64,000 nucleotides of DNA from the NCBI RefSeq assembly GCF_964204645.1, contig NC_134031.1:5084001-5148000 (forward strand). The letters run 5' to 3'. This document shows positions 1 to 14,500 of this stretch, piece after piece. This DNA is from Tubulanus polymorphus. Its lineage: Eukaryota; Animalia; Nemertea. A model generated the notes under the pieces. It searched no databases. It was not told the DNA's origin and saw nothing but the letters and a program-made list of their open reading frames with translations. The translations under genes and the position numbers were made by a program. The stretch's first letter is position 1; each line of letters opens with the position of its first letter.

Positions 1-1297
1 CGAAAATGAGCCTTCTTCGTATAAAGTATATCATTTCCGTGCTATTATTCCACCATCTCCATTTGACTGCCAACTGTGTCGAGTAATAAATGTATACCAT
101 ATAATTCTATACGTATTTCCATGAAATTTCGTAATTTATTTTCCACTCCTAATACAAAAGTAAAACGCGGCTAAGATTCATCCCGAAAGATTCGTATTGT
201 TCATCGTATTGTTAATCTTCGTGCTCACATTTTAAGGCGAGCTATAATGCGAATTGTGACCGCGCGTAAAATCGACTTTTGTCGTCGAGGGGAAATTTGC
301 CTGACTGATCGGCTTATCAACGCATTAAAAAGCCATTTACGCACATTCTGAAATCAGACACGAAACTACGAGAATCCCAACGGGGAAAACAACCACCGGT
401 AGAATGCAATATTGTTCCGTGTTTCTCCCTAATAATGTTACGAAAAAAACCAAGTGATTTTCATTACCATATTGATGAAACAGTTCTGTTCGTGTCGAAA
501 AGATGATGAAGAATCCCCACGCTATAATCCTTCACTATGAATAAAGATATTCTAATTTTTTTTTTTTCAGTACAAATTAATTTTATTAAACAAGTCAATG
601 ATATACAAAATAAATACATGCTAAGGTCCAGAGGACATTACAAGCAATTACAATTATAATTGGAATGGCAGTGACATTTGACGGTGATATTCTAAAATGA
701 TCCTTGCGCTAATAACTATTATGGTATAGTCGTATAGTCGAATTCTATCGAAAATCACTTTCCAACTCTCTTTTTTTGTTCTTGGAGTGATATTTTTGTA
801 TTAGAAAGAAATAGATAGTTTTAGTGTTTCAAAATTTTTAAAAATTTTTCCGGGCCCATTTATATTATGAATTTGGTCGGAATCAGTGCGCTGTATGGTG
901 ATAAACTGGACGTGCTTAACCGTCGATCAATAAAATCATTTATCGTACATATAGATTTCATCATTTACCTTTCCGAAACGACATGAATATCCCGCGTTTC
1001 CATTTCAGTTTACCGTGCATTACGCATAATGGCGATGAAATTTGATATCTATTCATCGATATGCATGTGTCATGTTTGTATATACTCAATTGACCAATAT
1101 CAGTATTAATTCGCGCAGCATCGCGTCAGCAATATATATCGCATCTACAATATACATTATAAACGAAGAACCGATTATTCTAGAACCGTGACCTTACCAA
1201 CCTTGGCAGATTCCATTAACCCTAACGAACCTTTTGGCAAACGAATTGCGGGTGAAAATTTCGAATCGAAGTTGCTTAGCGCCAGCTCATTTATTCG

Positions 1298-1652
1298 TTT
1301 GCGCTTAATCTCTTTTTCGGCTTGATATGATTCTTGCTTTGGCCAAGGCTAGTATGTATTATCATACTACGTTTAAGCGGTCCATACCATTACGTCGAAT
1401 TCATATGTCGCCACATACTTTGACATTTGGAGAGCGAAGTCCTTCGGCAAAAAGTTGTCGATAAGTTTTTAAAACTTGATTACTTGTTTGCGCTTGATCA
1501 ATTTTTCTGCTCAATCGATGTGATTCTTGTTTTGGCCTAACCGTGTTACTTTTAAGATACGGTCCATATTATATCGCCACATACTTTGACATTTAGAGAG
1601 CGAAGTCCCTCGGCAAAAAGTTGTCGATATGTTTTAAAAAACTTGATTACTT
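1298..1652. repeat. Diverged tandem duplication (two copies, ~170-190 bp)
   Basis: TCGCCACATACTTTGACATTT.GAGAGCGAAGTCC.TCGGCAAAAAGTTGTCGATA occurs at 1408 and 1574. GTTTGCGCTT...GATTCTTG occurs at 1298 and 1487. Confidence 0.65.
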
Positions 1653-2632
1653 TTTGAATTCACGTTTAGTTGGATTACGCTATTCAGTTTCTTATTTTTT
1701 GCCGATTAGAACGTTGAAGTAAGTTATTTCGAAGACGTAGTTTAGCATAGCTATTCGTAGTACGGATTCGAATGAATCTCCATGTATCATCTCAGGCTGC
1801 CAAAATGACCACCAAATCCGTCGGTTGCCGGTTCAGGCTAGTCAGAAAATTGTCTTCGCGAACCAGAACCGAAATTTCCAATATCATGTATGGGGTACAT
1901 CGATTTAGAAAGATTATGTAAACTCGACTCATCATCCAACATATATATTATATTTATTTGTACAAAATCAAACCCTGTTTTGTTCCCGGCAGTGGTGTTG
2001 GGGGTTTGTAATGGCGATAAAATCAAATAAAATCATTCAATCCAATAAATAAGAGTGGCAATTTTCTATATCAAGATCTAGCGCGTTGGGCTTTTAAGGT
2101 ACTTCTGCACATCAATGGCGCCATCTTGTACCGACGTACCTCTCGAAATACTACACGCCCATAGATTCAAAGCGTCGAAGCTATAAAAAAGACTGTTGCG
2201 CAATCTATCCCTTAAACGTCTTGGTAAGAGTTCTCATCTCCGATTACCTAAATGATTCCGCAAATAAAGCGCTGGCGGCGTCACGGGAACTTCAGCGCGG
2301 TTTTAAAAATAGTCGCACTTATATCATCCGATTTCAAATAACATTGACATTTTCTTCCGGCTCATATTTTGCTAGTTGATTGCACGAATTACGAGAAGTC
2401 TTCGAGTGATCACGGTCTACCGAAATGGATGGCTAATGTGCAAAACCGACAGTAGTTGCTGATTGAATTTCTAAATGTCTAAGTGTGCGGTCTTGTCTGC
2501 ATAATCATGGGTTTAGATTTCATAATATCATAACACACACTAACAAACGCGTGTGGTATATAGATATTCAATATTTCCATACCTAGCGTATAATGAACTT
2601 AAACCACGTGGCTGTTTTTTTTGTGATTTCAG

Positions 2633-2766
2633 GTGGATTTCGTGGCTGTGGCCATGGACACACCGGACATCCCGGCAAGAAGCACTGGTCATGCTGCGGC
2701 AAATTGGCACACAATTCCGAATGTTCGAAGCCCTATCACGGGACAGTTCAACAAATCACGTTATAG
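2633..2766 (+). CDS. TRIM45: Terminal coding exon of a TRIM45-like E3 ligase (upstream exons not found in the window)
   Basis: A polypyrimidine/ttcag acceptor ends at 2632. The phase-1 frame reads GGFRGCGHGHTGHPGKKHWSCCGKLAHNSECSKPYHGTVQQITL*, matching the distinctive TRIM45 C-terminal motif GCGHGHxGHPGxxHWSCCGK..SEC. Confidence 0.85.
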
Positions 2767-5700
2767 TATCTGCTACTGTGCCCGTTTCGACTATGAGCTA
2801 ACCTCAATTCGTTGGCGATCGTATTCCATTCACGTCTGCGTGACACGATAAGTGGTTTCTTAAATTACGATGGCATATTTGAAGATGTCCGACTTCGGTG
2901 GCTGAATTAATGGACCGCTTCTTCTAGTCATATTTCATAACTTTACGATTTTTGAGTCGAAAAATGTAAAAGAAGCTTCCACGTGGCTTTTCCCAAATGA
3001 ATTTGCTCGAAAACTACCTAGCACGGTCGACACTGTATATTCAGTTAGTAGGTCCCAGCTATGTTGACTATATAACCATAACTTATTTTCTCCTCATATC
3101 ATGATATGATATATCTTCATCGTTTTTCAATATAATATGATAAAATATGCGAAACGGTAACCTTGCAATGTTTTCAAATGACCAGTATTCAGGTGCAATA
3201 GCCAGGGTGCACCAGTCTCTTGAATACGGTATACACATTAACATTTCCTAGTGGAATCACCAATACAACTTTATAACTTAGGTCTAGTGCCATAGTCAGG
3301 TACTTTATTCGTGAAGTATTCGGCATCCTCAAATTTGAAGTGAGGATCTGGATTTTGAAGTATGGACTTTCCTCAACGGCGATGTTCGTCTCGACAGATA
3401 GAGCAAACAATTTTTCAGGCGTCGAATGGAAGCTTAATCGTTCGATCGTTTTTCGACTTGAACAAAAATGCACGAAGATGCTTCGGTAGGGCTCGGACCC
3501 GGTTTAGAAAATATTGTTGATTACTCACAACTTCACGAGCCTCAAACCTGAAATGAGCTGTTAGTCAAATCATAGCATAAAATATTTGTGAAATTACCTG
3601 TTCATCAAATGTTCTAATAAGCTATTCAATTTTTAATGATCGTCAATGAATTCTGGCATTTCAACCAACCATTGTATCATCGTACTCTAAAGGTAAACAC
3701 GTGTAATCCCCAGAGTGTTGAATTAGTTCTAGAACTGGATCCAGTGCTATAAAACCGGCCTCAGGGAGTTAAATCAATTCAATTTCGATTCAGCCCCTGA
3801 GTCATGGTCAATATTGATTCGTAAAATCACTCCCTAGACGTTTAACATTTTGAATGTAACTTCAATTTCATGATTTGGAATCTTTTTTTGATTTATTTGA
3901 TTGGCATGATTCTTTTGTTTCGTTTTTCAATAAAGAAGAGTGACAATATATTTTGATTTCAGTGGTAATTGCCCCTTCCAAACAGGAATCGGATATTTTT
4001 TCCACACACAAGTTTCCGCCAGCACAAATAGATTATAGATTATAAAGTCCTATGATCGTAAATTTGATAAACGAAAATTCAATTTGTCGAGTTCTCAGAA
4101 GCTGATTGAGTCTCATTAGCAAAAGTCTAATGGAAATTAATGTGGATGATGATAAATGGTGCGAGGATACAGTCACTTGTAACAGGGTGTGGTTCCTTAT
4201 CTGCGTAATTCGCAATTCCGACCATCCCCGGAATGGCGTGTTTGACTGAGCCCGAGTGTTAGGCCAAGAACTTTGCCCGGTTTGCCAATGGATGTGATTT
4301 TCTAGTCGGCGAATCGATTCGTGCGGATCAGGCATGCTACTCAAATTGAAAATGGAAGTTATTACACAAAATAGAGAATTCATTGGTGATGTGACGACTA
4401 ACTGATGACGACTTCAGTTTGAATGTAGTTAGAATCGCTAGTAGGCGTTTGCTTTGGTGATACTAAAGGTGGCCTATCTTACAAACGATTCTACTCTGTG
4501 TCAGGACTTCCAAATGTATCTGCAGGGGAAAGGGAAATTAGGCTACGTGACTGAATGCTCGTAGGGTAATCTATCCTTAAGCACATTTCTACGACCTGAT
4601 AATCCGTCAATTTAACCGCGTCACTTCGTCGACGCGTCCGTTTAGCCGGAATGATTTTATTACCTCGTACAAACAGCGCCCGAGGAAACATAAATTCTTG
4701 GCGCGGTGAAATGATAAACACGTAAGTACGCCGCGGCGATGCGTCTCGCTCCACACGACGTGACTCGGTAACCAACCAAACGACACCAGATACGAGATCG
4801 GTGATCTTTAAAAGTTCGTCGATACCGGCGCGATCGAAGTGTGCTCGCCGGTTTCTTATTGTTATTAAATCTTATCAAAAGCCGCTGCAACAGAATAAAT
4901 ATTTACCGTTTGTCGATGCGCGGCGATTCGTAGATTGAATACTTCAAACGACAGACGAGCTCGATGAGACACACACGGGCTCGGATCAAACGATATAGTC
5001 TCTCCTCACACGAAGTCATCGTCTGCGTACTTCTATAATTCTGACACCAGACTCGGAACAGGATGACTCATTGTTCGGTTTTCTCACTTTTCTTTTAATC
5101 TAAACTCACCGAAAACTAGATAGCGAGAGAATTTCTGAAAAAGTCTGAGCTTTTGGAACAATAAGCATTAGAATTTCAGTGGATAGATTTCCCTGAAACT
5201 CAAATTTGACCTGCGTATCAAGATTATGGATGGATTTATTTCCTGCAAACCATGACCAAACGTCTGTTGCAGTCGCTTAAATTTCTATCGCTAAAATCAT
5301 AGCGCGAAAACAGTCTCGTTGGATATCTGGAAACTCTTGTTTTGTTCGACCTTGTCTTTCTACAAATTAGCTTAAGTAACAGCCGACGAATTTCTCAGAA
5401 TCTACGTTTGACATTTCAGTCGTGAAATCAGTGTCTGTGTCGATAGATTTCTGCTAACTCTGGCGCGCTTTGACGTAGAACGTCTGGTTGATTTCAGGTG
5501 GATTTTAGTATCAACCTTCTGTTGGTGAATCGGCGTTAAAACGGCCCATCGATTTCTGTAAATTTACCTTCAGAACAGTGCAGTCGGATTTTGTTCTGCC
5601 AAATGAAGAAACCTGTATCAAATGAGTTCGTATAATCGCTTTTATCACTCAATACCGAGTTCATTATATTTCGTCTTTGAAAGGGGAGCATCATCGCCAG

Positions 5701-6701
5701 AACCGCCGACGGATAACTAATTCATATTGATCAAAATAATCCAATCATTGCAAAATTATCAACGCGGTAAGGCTTGCGCGGCGGCCGCGAATGCGACGGG
5801 TTACGTGGCCGTATTGCGACCCCGTGTACGGTAGGCAGGAATTGACGTAGGTAGAAGTAATGACCGTCACGCATTCTACGTCGCATGCTATTAAATAAGC
5901 TCAAAAATTGTTAGATCTTGTCGTTCAACACGCGTAAAATACCGGCAACATCATCTTCAACCCTACACTGGCTCGCGCTCTTGCCTGTGGTCTGATAAGA
6001 CATTCCGACTAAGTAATGGGTAAGTTTTTTTCAAATTACTATATCAATCAGTAAAGACGATGTCAATCCATCAACGTGAAATAATAGGCGGATTATCCAC
6101 TATAATCTATATTTTGTAAATTTAGTTTCAATTTCAACATTTTCAATCCATTCCACGTTTTAAGCGATTGGGCGTATTTCGATGAAACAGAGATACGATG
6201 AATTGTTTTTGTTCCCGTTTAGGGTTCATTACAACCAATTTCCATCCGTAGTACCGCAAAATATGATTACCCTACTAAAATAGTTGAAATCTATTGACGC
6301 TATGGATATTATACTGATAAAACGACACATAAAGATAACGCGAGAATAAAGATGAAAAACGTGTAATCATTTATATTGAATGATGTAATATAATCGCGGT
6401 TGAATGATGTAATATAGTCGCGGTTTTATTTTAAATTACAATTAATTTGTATCTCTTTGTTGCAAGAAGTCGTCCCGGAGACTCATTTCTCAACCCTGAA
6501 TAAACCTACTGAAACCTCACTTATAACTGATAAAACCGATTTACCTACTCAGAATAAACCTCATCTTTTTTGAACATGTCCCCCTGACGCTTCTGCAGTC
6601 TTTAATTTGATTTAGCCATAAGTAATTCATTCAAAGCTTACGCGCAAAAACCCTTTATACAGGGCGTCATCGGTGGGTTGGTGGTACGCACGATAATTTC
6701 T

Positions 6702-6815
6702 GGACGGTTTTATAGACCGGTATTAACTCTATCCGAGGGGCTAACTCATTGGAAAATAAGTTAGCCCTCGGATTAAAGATAATACCACTGTAATAAACTA
6801 CTCATAAACTGGTCC
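6702..6815. mobile_element. Short palindromic MITE-like element
   Basis: GGTATT..TCCGAGGGGCTAACT pairs with AGTTAGCCCTCGGA..AATACC as a long imperfect hairpin. Confidence 0.55.
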
Positions 6816-8366
6816 GCAAATATAGTGTTTTGCGGTATAGATGACACGTTTGCGTGAATTTATGCCGAAAACCAATAATTTTTCAGGACTTTAAGGACCA
6901 AAAATCGGTACTGTTTTTGATACAAACTGAGAAAGTATCAAAGTATCAAGCAGATTGATGACACTCATAGAAAGTGCTATTAGAAAGTTGTGCATTTATT
7001 CATTGGCAAGATGTTTTGGTCTCGGTGAGTGTGTATATATTCGATCAAGCACACACTGAAATAACCTCCATAGCGCGAATTCGGACGAATATAGTTTGAA
7101 TCAGATCATCGATTCGATTTTCGTTAATTTCGTCCACGGTGACGAAGTTTCTAAAGAAAGATCAGTCGCCCAACTAATAGATTATCCATATGGAGTTCTG
7201 AAAGGAAGCTGATATTATGTATATTTGTTTTCAACCGTTCCGTCGAATCTTTGATTGTATTCGATAATCGATATTACGTAAAGTCGCAGGATATCTTGAA
7301 AACATGTACTAAAAGGACAAGCCGCCAATGAATGAAATACAGCCATCGAACTAAAGCCTAAGAAAGTAAAAAATGGTCCGTCGTAAATCACTCGTAAAAA
7401 GCTATTCAGTCTTTGATTTGAAATGAGGATTATCCCCGTATGCAACTGATGGATTGATTTTGGTGCCCCTTGTGCAAACCCAACATACTTGTCGGAACAA
7501 AATAGGGGATTTGATAGTTGAAGAAAATTTAAAACCGGGTTTGATTTCAAAATAAGAAATTAAGTACAGATATAGTTGGATGATCTGTCGAATTGATAGA
7601 TTTTTTTTGTTTAAATCGAAGTAAATAACTGAAAATTTTGGTTTTTAATATCATTAAGGTTCAATACATGTTGATTGATACATTCAGTTGTTTTCAGTAA
7701 CGGAAGATAAACGAATCTGGCGGATGAAACACGGAATTTAGAAACGGCATCAATTCGACAACCATCGCGACGCTAAATTCCAATTCCTTTGATGACAATA
7801 TAATTGGAAAGAATTCGAAAGGACGAGAAAATTTGTTATGAAAGCACGAGATTGTCGTAATTGCAATTTCGCCGAATTACTTCCGTCGCACGTCAGGTAA
7901 CAACGATAACTATCTGACGGAAAGAAACTTCGCTTTTGAAGCCGCAGTCGTCGGTTCTTTCCCTTTTCAATACAATTCGATGCCGTATGATGTCGGCGGT
8001 GATACAACCTACAAAAAGTGATGAATTAATACCGTATCAATTGTATTTATTGCGTGTTCGTGCTCACGCTTAGGCTTTCGAGGACAATATCGGAGCTGTG
8101 GATAATTCGTGGCAGCGAATATAAATGGATCCGTGTCTTTCCGGCTTCGGAGCGAATTAAATGACTCGTAAGACTGATAAGGTGTGGTGGATGTTGTTCG
8201 TAGCGTTTTAACGTGGCGCGAAAATGTGTGAATAATGTTTAAGTTCGTAGTAAATAACTCGCCTGTGAAGGCACGCTTCTACGAATTTAGAAGAAAAATT
8301 GAAATTTAAAGAGCTATTTACGATTTCAAGGAAGAATAGTTGATTATTGATTGACAAACTGATATT

Positions 8367-8555
8367 ATGGCTACCATGTCGCCAGTCGTGGCGGCCTGTC
8401 GATCTATCGTGCACGGGAATGTGACGGTCTCGACTGGCGTGCATAAAACATTAGGAAATTGGACCACAGTCGGAGCTATCATCGGTTTCGGAATATTCGC
8501 CGCGATTTTGGCCAAGTTGTTCTCGCTAATGCGTTCAAAACTCCACAAAGATGAG
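8367..8555 (+). CDS. DUR3: DUR3 alternative first coding exon A (63 codons, phase-0 donor)
   Basis: MATMS...GFGIFAAILAKLFSLMRSKLHKDE|gtaagc encodes TM1 and splices in frame to 13452. Confidence 0.75.
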
Positions 8556-11500
8556 GTAAGCAGAACCTAGAACGGTTCTATCATTGATTTTTGTAATCAG
8601 AAATTAGTTATTTCGTTAGTTTTGAGAATTTTAGTTTCTTAACGTTATCTATCCGAATGGATAATTTGTGCCAACGTAGCCGATAACCCATCAGATGGCG
8701 GTCTTGCGCGGTCGAAACTGAACTAGGCTTTTGAGCTTCCTGGTCTGGATCCAGTTCCACAGTAAAGAGTTAGAGTTAATCTTGAGTTGAAATTAGTTCT
8801 TTGAGTTTACTCCGAGTTAGATCTTAACTCATAAACCGTGGAACTGGGTCCCCAATGTTATCATAAATGTACTATAGAATTAATAGAACTATAGTCGACG
8901 TGGAATATGAGACCCAGAAATGGATATCATGGATATGGGGCTATCCCGATATGACAATGTCGACTCAATTGAAATAACTGCATTTATAACTGCACTTACT
9001 TACACTAAGAAGAAGAAACCACGTTTCAACTTATATTCAGTCGAGAAAGGAGATAGCTGAGGACAAATAGACAAGCCGGTCAACAACATTGGTGAAAGTA
9101 GTCACACACCAACTGTTAGAGAATCGCAGTGACAAAACAACTGGTGGAGATTGTAGTCCCATAACAATATAGTCGAGAACAGTCCCTTTACAGTTGGAAC
9201 TAAAAATCGAACGCACTAGAGTTCTATGGTAAACATATCCCAGCGTCTGCCATCTTAGAACTAGTTTGAAATGCAACGACAGCGCTCAACCGTGGAAAAC
9301 TACGGTTATCGCAGTTAATCGAATATTTGCAAATCAATGGGGTACCCGCAGTGCTACTGTGGCAATCGAGGATTCCACTCGTGGCAGGCGAGGATCCGCC
9401 AGGTTCGCTAGAAGATAGTTGGTGGTCCGCGTTCGATTTCCTTCTACATTTCGATTAAATCTGAATGAACTTTTCTCTTAAATGAATCAATTATCTATGA
9501 TCGATATCTGATCAGTAGAATGAAAGTATATCATATTTGGTGAGTCCTGTGATAGTATATGGATTCTGGAGTATCAGATACTGTGGAATGCTTAAGGTTC
9601 CGGCCTCTCATCGACTAATTCCGAAATCGAGTCTAAACTATAGCCCGAAAAATAGCAAGCCACGCAACGGAGCACAGTCGCAGTAGTTCGGACATACGCA
9701 GTTCCAAGATGGCCCATACTGTAAAATGTGTCCGATTATTAGCTCCGACCAGAAGTTCGTCACATTGTTATTCGGTACTTTCGGACAACGAATCCGGACT
9801 AACTGACATTTCAAATTACACTTCGTAAATAGTCGACTAAAATATGATAACCGAAGTCGGCCTTGTTAACGGATAGCGATCGATCTACGAAATATCATCT
9901 GGATTTCACCCATCAGAAGAAATGTCTCCTGACGAGGTTATTCTCTATCGCTGCCGAGATCTAGAGAGCATTCAATAGAAGAGAGTGCAGCGGCCACCGA
10001 ATCGATCGTAACCGTTATTTCTCATTCGCGGTTTCTTAAAGAGCGCAATCGATCGGTCATTACCGTGGCCTTGCGATTTCTATCGAAGATAATCGATTCC
10101 ACCAAACCGTCGCAGTTTTCACTAACCGTCGTATCTAAAAGAAAAATGATAAAAGAAAGATGAATAATGGCATTTGAAAATCGGGAAATGTTTGTGAGCT
10201 CGATCGTTTAACGACTGACTATGGTGTAGGCTGGTAAGCACCAGAAGCATGTTTTCAAAACATTAACGCTATGTAGGCTTATTATGTACATTTCTGATCA
10301 GCCCCTAACGACGTTTCGTCTTATACGTTTAGTGCCCGTAATCAAGGCTATCAATTCAAGATATGACGATTTTCTAACTCAATCGAGTTAAAAGGATTGA
10401 GCGTAGCGTCGTATAGCTAGTAAAATAACGCTTACTAAAAGCTTGAAGCGAGAGATGCTTAGTGCAAATGAACTAAAACATGGTGGATCTAGGTTCCGAT
10501 TTCCGGTTCTGCTAGCTCCATCACACCAGAAATTCTAGAAATTGAATTTGTCGATATCCCGTATTGTCTTATGTTCAGTGCTAATTGTTCGTTACCCTGG
10601 CTTTAAGGTATGTTTACAAGTTTAGATTTGAAGCAGTATGTACTTTGGAGGCTGGTCAATACCGCAGACTCCGCCCATCGCATTAAGAATGAAAAAAAAA
10701 ATCATTAAGAAATCGTTAAAGAAGTTTTTTTTTGAATTCATTGACTATTAAGCGGTTATCTTAGTGCACCGATTTTAAACGGAGTCTACGTCGATGTGGT
10801 ACGCTAGGGGAAATACGCTTATTTCTTTTTTTTGGGGGGGGGGTGCGGTCTACATAAGTTTTAACGGTCTGCGACTTAGATGCCTCATTGGAAGTTCATT
10901 ATGAATCCAGAAAATAGCTTGGAGCTAAATCTGATGTACAAACTGAAGTTAGAATATCAACAACTAACCAGCAACTGGTAACCAGTAGCCCTTATATTGA
11001 TGATGTAGTGCATATCCATTCAAAATTATTAAAAAGACGTGAAAATTCATTCAATAGAAAAATAACAAGTCGTGAAATTCATTCAATAACAAAATAAGCG
11101 TCAATATTTACAATTGAAATTATTATTGAGAAGCGCCAATATTGATGACGCAGTGCGCATCGACTGAAATAACGCATAGTACTCAATATATGAAAGGTAA
11201 TATATGAAAATAACGCATAAGTCATCAATATATAAAAAAAAAACATATGGAATGATTGTAACGGCTTTTTCCCGGCGTCAAAAGTGAAGTGTGATTAGTG
11301 CAGCGACGACGTTAGTTTATGACGACATCGCGTACACATTAACAACCTGACACTCGATTCACTCCGTCAATTGTCGACTGCGCCTCGCTAGTAATTGACA
11401 GCGACCAGCGGAAACTATTACTCATTTCTCCGTTGTCATCGGATGAACGAACGATCAGTCGAAATCGACAGCCGTTTGTAATATATCAAATTGAAAAATC

Positions 11501-14500
11501 TCATCGAATATTCATCGTTTTAAACGATCTGTTCGAATTCGTTTTTCCTCGAATGCGGATTTGTTATTTAGATTTCGTCGTTTCCTAGTGTTTTATGATT
11601 GATCGTCGATTCGAATTTTGCGTGCATCGCGCGAACAAAGGGATTAATCGTTTCGCGGATGAATGATGGAATAATCTTATCTGCCCGATGCCAGGACGAA
11701 ACGAGAATCGGTTTAAATCGGAAAAATGAATTAAGAAAAATGCTTCGAATCATAAATCGTCAATGTCTCTATTAGAAAGCGAAGATTAGCTGGTTTGGAG
11801 CAAAATCCGGTGATAAATCGCCGATAGCAAAATGACTACATCCGCTAATATTTCCGTCTGCAAGCCTAATAGCCCAATTCGTATATCGGGATCGACAGAG
11901 TTGGCAGGAAATATCCCCGATTGGCAAGCGGTAGTGCTCATTATTGGGCTCGGCGTGTTCGTCGTTCTCATGGCTAAATTGTTCGGAGTCGTCCGAAAAC
12001 ACGTTTTCAACGACGAGGTAAAAATCTATAGCTTCATGTCAGATTGAAAATCACAGGTTGTCGATGAAATTCCCATTTTTGATGTAGCTCGTACTAAAGC
12101 GAACTTTCCTTTTGCTAGGTTAGTGCTTAGTATGCAGCGTACGTAGTTCTTACCAAACTCATCAATCAACCTACGCGAAATATATTTGATCTTAAAAATG
12201 AAATGTAATTTGACTGGAAAACTTTAAAATCTAGAAAATCTTCCTTGAAGATATCTGGTCCTCTTTTGTGTCTCAATCAATCGGGTCATTGCATTGCGAA
12301 GCTATCTTCTAAAGGAATTACATCACAACATTGAATAGCCCATAGAAATACTTTAAACTACGTATATAAATCTACTTTTTTATATCCGTATAATCATCGA
12401 AATGTTCGTAAAATTATAGTATTCTGTCTTTTTGCAATTACCACGTTCCATTTGTCAGTCTGTGAATACGATGGATTTGGAGTGGATAAGAGACGCCGTG
12501 GCCGACTGTCCCTGTTCTCATCAATCCAGGGTTCATGGGTTCGAATTCTGGAAGCGACAGATATTCTTGGTCGAAGGTTCTTAATTGCCTGGTCTCTCCC
12601 TATTCGGAGGAAAATCGCATCGTTTATAATGCCCCACGTGGCACTCAGTGACTTGCGGTAATAAAAGAATTAGTCTGGATGCCTAGGTGACGTGGTTGAC
12701 TGATTTAGTCTCGTCGTGTCGCCGCATTATAGTTCAATATTTTTCTTCCTTTTAGCAATTATTTTCAGCAATATCTAATAATGTAACACCGTTATGAAAA
12801 AGTATTTCTATTCTATTCTATTCTATTCTATTCCATAGCATATTTACATTTACGTAATCCACAATATCACAAGTTTTGATTCTAATTCAGCACTTGTGGT
12901 TACTCGATGGTTGCTACTCATACACTAGGTGCGCCAAGCCAAAATAAAGATCGCATTGATTTCGTATTAAGTTCGAAATGAAATCGATTTAAAAAGGATA
13001 GAATAAAATTTATTTCTTTCTCGTCACGTATAGCGGTTCTGACAGGTGAAAAACGATGCCAGGCCTTTTTTCGTCTGCTTTGAATTCCAACTGTGACGTC
13101 ATTGTTAGTAATGAATATAAATTCATGTTTTCAAGATATATAAGACATGTGTAGTGAACAATTTTTGACGATTTCGATAATTTTCATATTCGTTCAATTT
13201 TTAGGATTTGTATATTATGGGTATTCTGTCTATTCTGTATGAAGTTCAAATTTGAATTACGAGTGACTCTTAAGTTTGACGTGTTGCACTTGACAAATTT
13301 AAGTTGTTTTTTTCTGTAAGTTGTAAAGCTAGACGCGCAAGCTTGTTTAAACTGCGGCAGTGCGGTACCTTAATTTTTTCGCTGCGTCTTGCTGGATTGA
13401 ACGTAATTGGATTGACCTCGTAGATTGTAACCGCTTTTATCTTTGTTTTAGGATGACCTTGACACAGCATTTGACGCCGGGGGTAAGGTAACCGTCGGTT
13501 TAACTGCTACGACGATCGTTTCGCAGTGGACGTGGGCAGCAACGTTGCTTCAATCGTCTGCCGTAGCGAGCAAGGTACTATTTTTTTGTTGTTGACATCT
13601 TGTTGAACCCGTGGGCGAAACGTCGCGGTTGATTTTGAAATTATCACCGTTCCACGATATTAACCTCACCGATTCCAATGGACTAGCTATGAGCTTCGAT
13701 TCCAATGGACTAGTTATGGAGGGCCTACCCAAAATTATCTAAAAATGGCATTTGACATAAAAGTAGACAAGATTCATAGCCATAGCTGCATAGTTTTTTC
13801 AGACATTTCTAAAATTCCTCACTCATTCATAGTGGAATATTTTTCGTTTTTTCCCTCTTTTAAAACCAGTTCGGAATCAGCGGACCCTTCTGGTATGCGG
13901 CAGGAGCAACGATACAAATTCTTCTGTTTGCCATGATATCCGCCCAGTTGAAAATTCGAGCCCCGGGCGCGAAGACGTTCTTGCAAGTGATCTGGGCGCG
14001 ATTCGGCAAGAAAACCCACATCGTTTTCTGTGGATTTGCGCTCACAACGAACATCATCGTCACGTCTATGTTAATGCTAGGTAAGTGGGAACTTGTAAAG
14101 CCTTAGGTGAGGTAAAACCTCACATTGAATCGGTGAGAAAATACACATGACTGAATCGGTCTTCGCAGCGAATTCGCCTAAATGTGTCAATATTGGCCTT
14201 CCGAATTCAATCAAAGGCGAATTTTACGACGAATGATTCGCCGAAAAAACTCGACTTGTCTGTTACGAGCTTTAGATACCAAAACGTCGGAATTCTCTTG
14301 GCCTGTTATAGATATACCTGGTAATATCAAGTTCATGATATCCACTCCAGCTTTTTCTCGAGGAGTTGAATCTTGAAACGCGAATGCAGAAATTGGTCAC
14401 TTTTCGTAGTTCCAACTATAGACGGTTGTAAATAGCTTTGTACAGCTTAACATTTCCCCTTAGCTATTCCTGCTCGCGTAACATATAACAGAGGATATAA

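Noticed and set aside
2553-2851. Listed ORFs 2553-2801 and 2633-2851
   Set aside because: Both are in the wrong frame. The real coding frame is the third one, the TRIM45 terminal exon.
3189-8007. Assorted 60-116 aa ORFs between TRIM45 and DUR3
   Set aside because: No recognisable motifs or splice-consistent structure; consistent with chance ORFs.
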